DNA of 64,000 nt from Octopus sinensis (GCF_006345805.1 NC_043003.1:56420001-56484000); one strand, 5' to 3'. Numbered from the stretch's first letter, positions 39,391-52,900 are shown. Notes: generated from the letters alone by a model not told the origin. Numbers and translations: made by a program.

Positions 39391-39637
39391 TAAGTATAGG
39401 AAATAATGGAGCTGAACGAAGATTTAACAAAATTCCTTTATTTTTATCAAATTTCCGCACTAAGGCACGGATTTTATGCCCCATGGTCGTAACTTCAACC
39501 GTGCTCTTTCTGTTGTGATTTTTGCTACCCAGGTATCGGTTATCATTTGAATTATCCGTAATAAGATAATTCATTTATCTACTTCAATAATCATATACAG
39601 CGTCGCCAAGAAGCTGCTACCTTAACCGATACCGCAA

Positions 39638-41735
39638 ATGGAGTTGTTCGAGATTAACGCGTCCCTTAAGGACATTCCTATACCACCAAAGAAACCTTCC
39701 TTAAGGAAATTGTCTGCAAAACAAATGCATTCATCAACCGGATTAGATGGCTCGCTTTCTTTCATGATAACGAGGATTTAAAACAGAACTGGTCCGTAAC
39801 ATCATCCGAATATAAGAAGCTTTTCAAGTCGAGGGAGACGCCACCACCTAACCCCAGACTGAAGAAATTTGAGGACGACTTATGGGGCATTGTAAGGAGC
39901 ATTAAATTCAGGAAGTCGCCCCGTAGGAATGAACACCTTAGATACCTAGGGAAAATTACTAAGGATATCAACAGCTCAGACGGAATCCTGGTCCAATCTG
40001 ACAAAACAAGGAATACTTACAAGCTACCTATAAACCAGTACTTAGAATTACTCAAGAAAGAAATCCAGAAGAACTATAGAACTACAAATAAGAATACACT
40101 GAGAAGAGTTAACTGAGAGATAACTTGGAGATTAAGAATATGGTAAATTATGGGCTTCAAATGAGAACACACAACCGCTTAACCCAAGACAACTTAGATC
40201 ATCGTTAAGGACCACAAACCAAATTTTCACACCACAATCCAGCATTAAGGCTCATATGCCCTTCTAGTTCCGACATCGGTTCCATCAGTAAGTACATTTT
40301 AGACAATATTCCTAGTTTAGTTAATAAGCTTAAGCTTAACCTTTGGGCGAACTCCTCGCAAGTCGTAAAGTGGTTCTCTTCTATCCCAATAAAAACAGGA
40401 CAAGTTCATCTCAGTTCGATATTGCTAATTTCTACCCTCGATTAACCAGTGTACTCAATAAGGCCCTGTGGCATGCACATATAAGGCAGGCCCACACAGA
40501 GAAGAAATGATATAATTCTAGTCGCCAGAAAATCCTTTATACAGTTTGAAGATAAGTTAAGGGTCCGTAAGGATACTCCCAACGAGTTCGATGTACCTAT
40601 GGGAAGTTCAGATAGCGTCCAGATAGCCGATTTGGTCGGAATCTATATTCTCTATGAATTATCCGACCAATTCCCGGACATCGGCGGTGGCTTATATCGT
40701 GACGATTGTCTGTTTTACCTACAGAACACCCCGAATAGAATGATACAGAAAACTAAAAATAGATTAGCTAGGTTCTTTAGTGGGATGGGCATGAGCATAG
40801 TTTTTGATAACGAACTTACCAAGGCAAATTTCTTAGATGTCACACTAAACCCGCATAGCAATTCTTACTGTCCCTACCATAAACCTTCCACAAACCTAAA
40901 GTATGTCAGTGTTTTCTCTAACCACGCAAAAACTATAACAGATAATTTAGTTAAAAATATTTCTCAAAGATTATCAAATTTATCTGCCAACGTCGACACT
41001 TTTAAGCATAAAGCGGAATTCTATAATGCCGCCCTGTCAAAAGCCGGTTATAGGGAAAAGGTAACATATATAGACCCGGCCCTTCCGAAACCAGTATTCT
41101 ATCATCAGGATAAGTCAACTTACAATAATATAAATAATACAAGTAGTGATGATAGCTTTAGGAATGTCGACACAAGTACAACTAACACAAACATAGATAA
41201 CATAAATAATTTGCGGTCCATTATTCAACCAGGATACCCCCTTAATGTTAGAGTTGACGCTCCGACCAGTACAAGAACAGGAAAAACTATATCTGGTTTG
41301 TAATCCTTTGGTAAACAATAGGATCTAACCTACCGTTGCATTTCGCCAAGCCATTGCCAGAAATTTTCCAGAACAACTAACACACAACATGATAACATAA
41401 ATACTTTGCGTCCATTATTCAACCCAGAGATCCCCCCTTAATGTTAGAGTTACTCTCCGAGCCAGTACAAGACAGGAAAAACTATATCTGGTTTGTAATT
41501 CCCTTTGGTAAACAAATAGGATCTAACCTACCGTTGCAGTTTCGCCAAGCCATTGCCAGAAATTTTCCCAGAAATTCGAGATATTACTCCACTGTAAATT
41601 CGCACAAAGTAAGGATAGCTTTCTACAATACTAAAAATCTTTCACAGATAATTGCCTCCCATAACAATAAGCTGCTAAATAAGGCCCTCTCACCCATGAG
41701 CAGAGACTCTGCCCCGTCAAGTTCCAACATAACTC

Positions 41736-41783
<48 letters not shown>

Positions 41784-42479
41784 GAAGTAGTACAGATATT
41801 AGCAGCCTTCATACCAACATTGGAGTTAGTAATAGTAATAAGGATAAGAGCACTGATCTCGTCATTAACGTAGGGAGTCCCAACAATAATATTAGCAGCG
41901 GTTTTAACACAGTAGTTTTTTACGGACATTATCAATCACAGCATTCCCAGTAACAGGGAATATGCAGGTGATATAGCCTTAAATAGTAATGATAAGGGGT
42001 GAATAATATCGAATCCAGCGGTAGTTTTTACAACCATCATAGTAATAAACGCTGTATTAGTATCGGAAACAATCCCAATAGATTAAGGTTCTTATCTAGC
42101 AACTCCAAAATTAGAAACGCGCCATTTATCAGTGCAGATTTATACTGAATCCGATGTCTTCCTTTATATCGGAGCTACATCATCAAATTTAGCCGCAAGA
42201 ATATCGAATCATTTTTCCACGTTCCGACATAGGATAAGCAACACGCTACGGGGCTAAGCAAATAGTCTGGCGTTTGAAGAACGCGAATTCAACTTTTAGA
42301 CTGGAATGGTCAATTATATCGGTGTCTTACCGTGTGATAAGGGCAAAAAAATTCTGTGCCCTTTGTACTCAGAACTATTTCATATTTTGTTCGCCCGAGG
42401 GCAGCTTGTTAACTCGATTGTGCAAAATTCTTTCAGATGCCTCCACTGGAAAAGGCATACCTTTCTCTCATACCAATGA
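39638..42479 (+). pseudogene. Frameshifted PLE ORF (RT + C-terminal GIY-YIG endonuclease)
   Basis: SLKDIPIP, NRIRWLAFF, QSDKTRNTY, DHKPNF, FDIANFYP, DVPMGSSDS, GLYRDD, FLDVTL, SNH, AIYQC..LYIGAT, EWSII, CALC. Confidence 0.9.
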
Positions 42480-43058
42480 AGTCTAATATAGATAACCCCT
42501 GGAATTCCTAATAAAATTTGAATAAAATTTGAAAGGTGGTATCTCATCCCTGTTAGTATAAGAACTACTAGTTGTCAAGAACTACTGCCATCCCCTACAG
42601 CAACACTGTATCCTGTCATTGATATTGTGGACACCCTCTCTCTATTAAGTTGTCACATACGAACACACAGACACAGCTTTTTCAGTTTCTTGACTGTTAA
42701 TTCCTGCTATCTCTCTCTCTTTCTGCCTTCGAAACACACTGTCACGCATTCAAAGACGCACACACACATACATTAAGGCAATTTCTCACACTCAAACACT
42801 CTAGCACTCATTCTTAAAATAAATCAAATATAAACACCAGTCATACAGAATACATTCACACTCTTTGATTTTCCTGTACCCCACTTCTGCTAACCGTATT
42901 CTGACCTTGAACTATCTCAACGGACAATCTCTTCTGCTTTCATCCAATCTGGCGTCAACGCATATAGATAGACAGTTTGTATCATTAATTTAATGGGCTC
43001 CTCGTGAGCGCTTGTCGAAAAGCGTGTTGTGCCTTTTGTTGGAGAATTAAGTTCCTGG

Positions 43059-43144
43059 ATTTTCCTGAAGAGAAAGCTGCAAAATGGACTCCTTATTCAA
43101 TCGGAATTAGGGACTTTGCAGACTTCGAAACATATGTCGAAAAT
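43059..43144 (+). ncRNA. Type I hammerhead ribozyme (predicted)
   Basis: attttc CTGAAGA [stem II gaaagctgcaaa..tttgcagacttc] GAAA catatg TC gaaaat; palindromic stem III acatatgt; predicted cleavage after 43138. Confidence 0.88.
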
Positions 43145-43373
43145 AAAATAAAGGACTTTTGTTAAATCTTCGTTCAGCTCCATTCTTTCCTATACTTAAT
43201 ATATAAAACTCAATTTCCGCACTAAGGCACGGATTTTATGCCCCATAGTCGTAACGTCAACCGTGCTCTTTCTGTTGTGATTTTTGCTACCCAGGTATCG
43301 GTTATCATTTGAATTATCCGTAATAAATAATTCATTTATCTACTTCAATATATATATATATATATAATATATA

Positions 43374-43412
<39 letters not shown>

Positions 43413-43739
43413 CATATATATATATAGATATATATATTATATATATATATATATATATAGATATGATTATATATATATACTCACATATACATAATATTGC
43501 ATAACACACACACACACATAATATATTAATATACAATACACACGCACTCCCACGCACACACACACAGAGGTGTTAGCGTGGCTGTGTTGTAAGAAAATTG
43601 CTTCACTACCACATTGCTGCATGTTCAGTCCCACTGCATAGCGCCTTGTATAAGTGTTTTGTACTGGAGCCTATTATTATATATTTTATTTTTTATAGCT
43701 GTTATTATGTATTTTATTATTTTTAATCACTTAACTTCT

Positions 43740-45035
43740 AACCCTAACCATAACCCGTAACTTCTATGTCCAGTTCACGTCGCAGCTCCTTCCTACAGCT
43801 TCCCACAGCAATTTGTTTCGCAAAATATGGACCATTCCAAGTATTGCTGCAATCTGTTGCACCCTACGGTCCCATGCTATCTGTTCTTTTCAACTATCTA
43901 ATACCTTCCTGATTATACTCGCCGTACCAAGGAGGGAAACATTTTGTACTAGTTCTACAGGGAACTCTATTCCGATTTCTTTTATACTCGATACCTTCTG
44001 ATATTGTCTCCAATAACGCATTAACAATTGGCACCATCTTCAACTTCTGCATTTTCTGTAGCTGAACTATTTTGCATTTTTGAGGGTCGTATGTATCTTT
44101 CTTTTTGCCTTCCTTCTTGACTATTTGCGGTTCAAATACAACGTCAACTATATAGCTTATGTGGTACGCCTTGTTCACCACCACTAAGTCCGGTCTGTTA
44201 TCCTCTAGGACCCGATCTATTTGGATTGGGAAATCCCAGGGGATTTTGCTAGTCTCTGACTCTTCCACTTTCTGCGGTTTGTGCTCATACCACGACTTGC
44301 CTCTCTCTAGTCCCACTTTTCGCACAGTTTCCAGTTTAGAAGTTTCGCCATCTTATCGTATCACGGCAGCTTGTAGTAGCTTGGGGCAAGTCTAAAACAT
44401 TCGTGATATAGGCAATGGTTCCATCCACTCTATTACAGATGCGGCACAGCGGAGACAATTGCTCATTCCTAAGAGTGACCCTGTAATTCGTGACACTATT
44501 GTGCTGCCAGTATAGTGCTCTCAGTGTCTTTTTCCAGAGTTCCTTTCTTCAGACAATCCCCGCCTGTTTTACAGCAGGTTCTATTTTTACTATATGGCAA
44601 TAATTGTGTATAACCTTGCTGCGTAATGGTTCGTCATGTCTTTCAGGTACTCCTTTTATCGTTATTCAGTTTTTTCTCTGCATTCAATAGACCCTCATTC
44701 ATAACTGGCTCTAGTAATATTTCGTTATTTTAGTATCTCATTAAGCTCTCGAGTTCGACACGTTTGCAGTCTTCCACACTTATCAGTCCCCTTCCTCCTT
44801 TTGCTCTCTTCACGTGTCTCCACGTGGATGATGGGATCCGTGCATTGTTAGTAGCTTTCATGTCTTCCTGTCCAATTCCTTTAACACCTTCTCTGTCCAC
44901 TTCAAGATTCTAGCACAATGCCGAACTACTGCTATTGCACGCGAGTTTACTGTTGAAATTATGTTTCTGACATTAAAATTTGAAACCAATTTCTTTCCTC
45001 ACACGCCGCAGGTACTCCTTTTTGTCTTTTCTTTC
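43740..45035 (-). mobile_element. 5'-truncated, degenerate Dong family C copy
   Basis: KEYLRRVRK, LDRKT, WYEHKPQKV, WDFPIQIDRVLEDNRPDLVVV; (TAA)n at 5' junction. Confidence 0.85.
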
Positions 45036-45052
45036 ATATGGTTGTGTTTTTG

Positions 45053-45089
<37 letters not shown>

Positions 45090-45147
45090 GATATATTATT
45101 ATTATAATCATTATTATTATATTTTATTTTTATTATTATTGGCATTA

Positions 45148-45200
<53 letters not shown>

Positions 45201-45689
45201 GAGTGAGAGTGCAGTGCATGCCATCAAAGTGACACTGGCGTAAAATATACGAAACCCAGTATACCGATCATGACTACCCGTCTGATAAGGGTACACCAGG
45301 CACATGCATCACAACCATATGTGCGCGACATAGTGATCTCATATCAAGATAAACAGCACATGACCTTGCAGGTGGGGCCCAGTTAGAATTTTCTTCTGAT
45401 CGAGTAGCCCATCCCACTCAAAAGGTCCCTGAATAAGGATTATCTAATGTTGTTGAACGAACTACCCATGTTTACAAAGGTGAATTATCCAAACCTCGAT
45501 GTATTCCTTTCAACAAACGTCTACGATGCTCCCCGACTACTTCTGCTCGTGATCAGAGATGCACATATCGTCACCCACTAAGGGACATGCTCAACTGATT
45601 AAGGTCAAACAACTGACAAACAAGTCTGTGGTATTGGGCAGAATATTTGTTGTAGGCTATCTTTTATACCAAGACAAACCAATGTACAT
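45201..45689 (-). mobile_element. Family N element, truncated
   Basis: gagtgagagtgcagtgcatgccatcaaag...aatgtacat; (TTA)n both sides. Confidence 0.85.
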
Positions 45690-45711
45690 ATTATTATTAT
45701 TATTATTATTA

Positions 45712-45762
<51 letters not shown>

Positions 45763-45763
<1 letters not shown>

Positions 45764-46219
45764 GCATGCTTTCACTTCACTACCGAGCGCAGCTCTGTGT
45801 GCCTTGGGTATGTGCTGTGATTTGTTGTGATGCTCTGATGGTTAGTGTTTTGACAGTGTTTTGCGTAGGATGTGTGTAGTGCCTAGTAGTGCAATTTTCT
45901 GTATGTTATATGTGTTTGTAAGTCCTGGTGTTTTTGTTATGTATTTGTCTGAATATTTTTTATCATGCCTAATGCTACTACTATGATGCGGATTGTTTCT
46001 GTTTTTAGATTCCATATTCGAGTTACCTCTCTTTCCAGGTCTCTGTAATTTCAAAGTTTCTCCATTTCTTTTAGAGACACATTGTCATCTGCTGGTATTG
46101 ATACATCAATTTTTTCTTCATGATCTCTGACAACCATATCTGGCCTGTTGGCCTTTAATTTCTCTATCTGTGTGTATTGGCATATCCCAGATAAGGTTGC
46201 TTTCTCGTTTTCTGTGACC
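45763..46219 (-). mobile_element. 5'-truncated Dong family E fragment
   Basis: LKANRPDMVV, IDVSIPAD, KEMEKL, IQKIALLGTTHILRKTLS; (TTA)n left, (TTC)n(TTA)n right. Confidence 0.9.
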
Positions 46220-46224
46220 TTCTT

Positions 46225-46305
<81 letters not shown>

Positions 46306-46529
46306 GTTCACTCAATTTTTGAAGTAATGGGATAACGGAGATAAGAATAAAACTTCGAGACATAATCGTAACGCTGTGAGCCACTGATTCACTTTGTGAT
46401 GTACACATAATGAATACTTGCAACGTCTGAGGTGCCTTTAATATCTTATACTGAGCTGTGAAGGTTTAATTCAATATTCATCACGTGCTTTGGATTTTCT
46501 TATGTATTTCGATTCTGGTATCAAAATAC

Positions 46530-46713
46530 AGAGGCCACAGAAGAAAGAGTGAGAGAAAGTACAGCAGGGATCACCGCCCACTGCCGGAGCCTCGTGGAGG
46601 TTTTGTTTAGGTGTGTTTCGCTCAATAAACACACACAAAGCCCGGTCTGGGAATCGAAACCGCGATTCTACGACCGCGAGTCCGCTGCCCTAACCACTGG
46701 GCCATTGCACCTC

Positions 46714-46715
<2 letters not shown>
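46530..46715 (-). mobile_element. tRNA-derived SINE, separate family
   Basis: A box tggcccagtgg, B box gtttcgattcc, non-tRNA 3' body; head abuts the (AT)n tract. Confidence 0.8.
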
Positions 46716-46747
<32 letters not shown>

Positions 46748-46755
46748 TATATAAT

Positions 46756-46787
<32 letters not shown>

Positions 46788-46806
46788 ATATATATATTAT
46801 ATATAT

Positions 46807-46849
<43 letters not shown>

Positions 46850-46937
46850 CCTATATATATATATATATAATATATATATATTATATATATCTATATATAT
46901 AGAAGATATATATTATATATATATATATATATATATC

Positions 46938-47008
<71 letters not shown>

Positions 47009-47093
47009 TATAGATATATATATATAATATATATATATAATATATATATTATATATATATATTAATATATATATATATATATATAATATATAT

Positions 47094-47127
<34 letters not shown>

Positions 47128-47219
47128 TATATATATATCATATATATAATATATAATATATAATATATAATATATATATATAGATATATATAATATAATA
47201 TTATATATATAATATATAG

Positions 47220-47295
<76 letters not shown>

Positions 47296-47346
47296 ATTAT
47301 ATATATAATATAATATATATATATATATATATATCTATATAATATA

Positions 47347-47380
<34 letters not shown>

Positions 47381-47382
47381 TA

Positions 47383-47413
<31 letters not shown>

Positions 47414-47500
47414 CTATATTAATATATATATATATATATATATATACTATATAATATATATATATTTATTATATATATTATATATATATATATATATAAG

Positions 47501-47545
<45 letters not shown>

Positions 47546-47560
47546 TATATATAGATTATA
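46716..47560. repeat. ~850-bp interrupted (AT)n tract
   Basis: Direct reading. Confidence 0.95.
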
Positions 47561-48358
47561 TTAATAGTATCGCTAAGCTAATATGGCAGTCCGGATCTAT
47601 AGGACAAATGCTGCCGTTCAGTAGCTTCAAGAGGCCATCGCCTCTAGCTAGATAGGTGACACACGAACCTGTGCCCATTATAACCTTCGAACAGGGGAGG
47701 TCTGCCGCATCCTCTTGCTGGTCAGGCATTTGCAATCTAGTTTCAGGGTATTTGCCCCTTATCAATGCACACACACATATCATAATTTTGCTTACATTAT
47801 GAAATTATCTGCGCGCGCGCACACACACACGCAATTAATCAAACTCAGCCTCTTCACAGCAGACTTTTTAAGAGGGATCTTTTTTATATTTTTATTTGAT
47901 TTGCAAACGATGCAAAATCAAACACAGATATCATCCGCTTCATTTCAACTAACATCCTATGTGAGAACAAGTCTCGATATTAGCCAATTGAAAGGCCGAA
48001 ACGCTTGATGGTCACTTCAGTTAGTTGTATGAAATTTTGTCATTTACAGGACATTGACCATTTCTAAAACCGTTGGAGTTTCAGGTTTTATTTCACTTGT
48101 AAACAACTGCGAGAAATATTTAAGAAATTCTATTCTGGTACACATCGTAGCAACCAACGATACGACAGTGATTATAAAAGATACCTCACAGCAAAGTACT
48201 TAATTAGTTCTATATATGAAAACGTCACGAGTTGCTACCATAACAGATTTATCTATACATATGCAAATCTATATTTATTAACATATTTGTATGTGTGCGT
48301 AAGTGCATATACGTCTGAATTTATCCATCTATCTATCTATCTATCTATATACATACCC

Positions 48359-48412
<54 letters not shown>

Positions 48413-48829
48413 ATGGTACATATACGTATACATGTATGTATGTGTATGTGTATGCGTGTCTGAGAGTGCGTGTGTATGTGAGTCAAAGTGTGTGTGTGCG
48501 GGTATGTGGATGTGTGTGTGTTTGTGTGTGCTTCAGTGTTTGTGTTTCCAATGATGGTGGGGGAGGGCTAAGCCAATGCATTGACTGAGATGACGTATAA
48601 TGAATTGATTGACTAATTTCTCTATTTCGAGTTTATTACTAAAGGCTTTTATTTTCTGTGTGTAAGAAAATAAATTTAGAATATCATCTCTAGATGACAT
48701 CCTTACTAAATCCTTTTCCTCAAAATCCGTAGTTTGAGGGAACCTCATTTAAAGAATTTTGGATTTAAACAGCATAATGAAATCATTAACACAAATAATA
48801 ACAACAATAATGATGATGATGATTTAGAT

Positions 48830-49035
48830 TCTTCCAACAAATTTTTGCAGCTTGTGGGAGGGAATTAAGTCGTTTGTAACAACCCCAGTGTGTAAATGGT
48901 ACTTATTTAATCGACCCTGAAAGGATAATAGGCAAAGTCTATCGCGGCGGAATTCGAACTCAGAACATAGCAACAAGCGAAATACTGTTGACTATTACAC
49001 ATGGCATGCTATCGATTCTGCCAGCTCGCCGCCTT
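48830..49035 (-). mobile_element. SINE family 1
   Basis: atcgaccctgaaagga...gcggaattcgaactcagaac...gattctgccagctcgccgcc. Confidence 0.85.
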
Positions 49036-49084
49036 CAATAATTATAAGAATATTAAAAATAGTTATTTTTCTATCAGTAATTTC

Positions 49085-49430
49085 AAGCAGTGCAATGTAA
49101 GTTGGTTTTTCTCCAAGGTCTCCCACCGTTTTCATTGATCAACTGACATTCCGTTGCCTACGACGACGAACCTTCCCGTTGATCCGATCAGCTGAACAGC
49201 CTGCTTGTGTAATTAACGTGCGCACGTACCTTTAGCGTAATTCTTAGGAAGATTCTGCCTGACACAATGTAACAAGGTTGAAATAAAGGTACTATTTCCT
49301 TTTGCAAGTTGAGTGGATACGAGCAACGTAAAATACAGTATTTTTCTCAAGGACATAATACGTCGCCGGGAATCGAACATACGACCTCATGATTCGTGAG
49401 TCGAACGCCCTAAACATTAAGCCACATGCT
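49085..49430 (-). mobile_element. tRNA-derived SINE (longer family)
   Basis: Minus head gtggcttaatgtttagggcgttcgactcacga...gttcgattcccgg, then gtccttgag...ccactcaac. Confidence 0.7.
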
Positions 49431-49929
49431 GTGGTAATAAACACATACTTAACATCTGGTGACCTCATGGTTGTACGACCGATCCCTTGATGACCTTCTT
49501 GTCAGCATCTGCTGAGCCTGTTTATAGACAGGTGGTATGTGTCTGTGTCCACGACGCTGCATTTCTTCCTCCTACTAACCCCAACAACCCTCGTGTATTT
49601 ATGGCTATCTCGGGTACAAGGCAAAATTTGAAATTAAACATTTAATAATACTACACAGTAGGAGGGACCAGGCTGGCAGTCATAACTTAATTCTGACTGC
49701 CCCCGGCGGCAGCTCACAAGAACGTTGATATGACGGTTACATTGTTCTCATGGTTAGAAAGGGTGACTACAAGGACAGAGACAGCGGTAATCAACGATAG
49801 TCTCTGCTACTGTAATGTCGTGGCAGTGGTAATTCTAACGGTAATAATGGCAGAGGTGATAATAATGGTAGAGATTTTAATAATGGTCTCTACATTAACC
49901 ACAATGGGCTAATAATACTAATAATGTAA

Positions 49930-52900
49930 TAGGACCTAATGGACCAAGGGATAGTATAAAGAAGTAATGGGCGGATATCTCTCTTCATTAGATTAGCCAT
50001 CTCAAGAGTAACACACCGCAAACTCTTGCAAAATAAGAACACAAAATCTAGAGAGCAGACCCTATTTAGACGAAAGTAACTTACAGAGGTTAAGAGGGAT
50101 ACCTTTAGAAATAAGAGACTAATGATCAAGCACGCGGCGGAAACTTACCTAAATATATGACAGGGTGGAAAGGAAGAATGAGATGAAAAGAGTAGTGCGA
50201 CACGAGCCTTAATCGAAAGACTGTGACGCAAAGAACTGAAGAAATGAGAAAATGTAATGAAGCTGATGAAGATAGCCAGGAAAGTGGTAAAGAGACAATA
50301 TTTGAAGAACACGCATTTGACGAAGAATACAGAGAGACTATGATGGAAATAAAGCAGAAAATTCTGAATAAGTCGTAAGACATGCAAGTATGAATGATGG
50401 AGAATCACTTTACAAACTGTCAAATACAAACCAAAATAAAAAAATAAATTTAAAATTGGCAATTATGTAACAAAAGACATCGCACAAAAATTAAAACCAC
50501 ATCTTACTAATTTAAATGGAATTATTTACGCATCTGCTACGGCAAATGAAACAACCAATTGTTTCAGAAGAAAAAAACAAACAAAGAAAAATAATCCTGG
50601 GAAGGAATCCAAATTGGAGAAGTAAATTTGAAAAATATATTGAATTAATGAGAGGAGAAATATCAATATTAAATGAACTAATCTCTGAAAATAATGTAAG
50701 ATCCAGAAAAGAAAGAAAGATGATGAGAAATTATAGATTCTCACCAAGAGAAGAGCTGCTTTTTACAAAAGAAACACTGAAACAAAAGGTCGAAGCAAAA
50801 GCTCAGTTGAATACGAAGATTTGAGAAGAGGAAAAAGTTTTATAGAAGCGAAATAAGCCGTACACGTCCAATGCGAAAACATTCTATAGAGAAATAGGGA
50901 AGCAGAAAATAACTGTTGGGGACACCCTACCAATGTAAGCAGTAGAAAATTTTGGTAAAAGATTTGGAGTGATGAGAAGACATAAAAAATGCGGTTTGGT
51001 TTAGACGCACAGAAGGATCCTACCAAAATTTAAAAGAACAAACATGAGAAGTCGTCACAATAGCAGACGTAAGGATGGCCCTCAAGAAGGCCCATAAGTG
51101 GAAATCCCCGGTAGAGATAGGTTGCCAAATTCGTGGCTCGTATCACTCCCATGCGCACACAGTAAGTTAGTTCAGCTCTTCAATGAAATTATGAGAAATA
51201 GTCAGAAAATGGATTACTCCAAAAGCCTATCGGCCCATGACCTGCTTATCTATTACTCCTTAAATTTTAACGCCCATTTTCGTGGAGAAATTGTCCACAT
51301 TTATGGAATACAACGATATTATCCCCACTGGACAAAAGGTGTGCGAAGAAGTCTCATATGGATGCAAATATCAACTCCTAATTAATCGCATGTTCCTTGG
51401 GAACAAACGCAGAAATCTCAGTTCCGCATGGATTGATTATAAAAAGGCCTTAACATCATACCACATTCATGGACCTTGAAATTGCTGGACATTTCTCCTG
51501 TAATTTCAAACTTGAAATTGCTGGACATTTCTCCTGTAATTTCAAACTTGAAGCATAACATATCAGTGTGGAATACGAATCTCTAGTTATGCACTCTAAT
51601 GGAGCACTGAGTACAAACAATATTAAAATCAGCTGTAGAATTTTCCAAAGTCACTCACTTTCACCTCTAATTTTCTGCAGAGACTTAATACCTCTTACAA
51701 GGGAACTTAGCAGACCAGGGCATGGATATAAAATTGAGAAGAAAATAAGCCATCTATTTTATATGAATGGCCTAAAACCTTATGATAAAATCAATGATGA
51801 GCTTGAAGGCCTATTACATCGTGTGAGAGTACACAGTGATGAATTCAGGCTTGAGTTTAGTCTTGACAAATGTACTAAGGCCACATTTAAGAAAGGAAAA
51901 TTGAAGACCTCAGATTCAATTGTATTAGATGTTGTAGAAACATTTATAAACAACTTCAGAAGGAACAAAGTTAGAAATACCGAGAAATAAATGAAGGCTC
52001 AGGTATTCAGCATGCAAACGCGACAGCGATGATCAGAAACACGTTAAAATTATAAATATCAAACTGGAGCTGCTAGGAGATATATTAGCTTACACCTTGT
52101 AATATGTATTTAGCTCAGATTTCAGGACTGCTCGAATACTCTTGTTGAACTGTAATATCAATGAAGTAAAGAACATTATGGCAGCGCATGATCAAATTTT
52201 GAATACGAACTGGAAGGCCAATCTTAGGAATGAGTAAGTGTCTCCACACGAAACCATTGACCATATCACGAATGAATGTCCTAGACCTACCCAAAACCAC
52301 TACAAGTTTGGGCGACACGATGAAGTAGCGAAAGTGCTACATTGAAAACTATGCGAAAACATGGGGCTTCAGAGAAGCAAGATGTGGTATGAACAAAAAT
52401 CGCAGAGCCTGGAGGGGTCAGAGACTAGCAAAACCCTCTGGGATTTCCCAATCCAAACACATCAAATGCTAGAAACTAACAGACCGGAATTAATGGTGGT
52501 GGAAGGTGCAGCACATATGCTCTACAGTTGATGTTGCATGCCCCTTTGAACTACGCATAATCAAGAAAGAAGGCGAAAAGGTAGTTAAATACAACTCTTT
52601 AAAGTACGAAATAGCCTAGTTATGAAAGATGAAGGTGGGTCCTTGGAACAGTATCAGAAAAATGAAGGTGGGTCCTTGGGAACAGTATCAGAAAAATGAA
52701 GGTGGGTCCTTGGGAACAGTATCAGAAAAATGAAGCTGGGTCCTTGGGAACAGTATCAGAAAAAAAAAAAAAAAAAAAAAAAAGAAAAAAAGAAAAATGA
52801 AGCTGGGTCCTTGGGAACAGTATCAGAAAAATGAAGCTGGGTCCTTGGGAACAGTATCAGAAAAATGAAGCTGGGTCCTTGGGAACAGTATCAGAAAAAT

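Larger units (their letters stand above)
39391..43348 (+). mobile_element. Penelope-like element (Naiad-like) with pseudo-LTRs, inserted in (TA)n
   Basis: Direct repeat 39448-39589 = 43211-43350; 5' inverted segment 39391-39447; RT + GIY-YIG ORF; hammerhead in the 3' pLTR. Clade name is inferred from motifs. Confidence 0.92.

Noticed and set aside
42470-43050. SECIS / selenocysteine recoding, reported for some Naiad elements
   Set aside because: An atgaa...aa...tga pattern at 42476 lacks a convincing stem, and I found no in-frame TGA at a conserved Cys position. Not supported without SECISearch on a consensus.
43735-43762. Telomere-like ttagggttag run at the 3' end of a Dong C copy
   Set aside because: Only one perfect TTAGGG among degenerate units; absent from the other C copies.
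46635-46715. tRNA gene
   Set aside because: Good A/B boxes, but the acceptor and anticodon stems do not close and a SINE-like body follows.
48533-48748. 71-aa minus ORF MRFPQTTDFEEK as a host exon
   Set aside because: No recognisable domain or clear splice sites; it ends in a (TG) repeat.
51475-51546. 36-bp tandem duplication in the RT of the 49930 element
   Set aside because: Ordinary local duplication in a dead copy, or an assembly slip.
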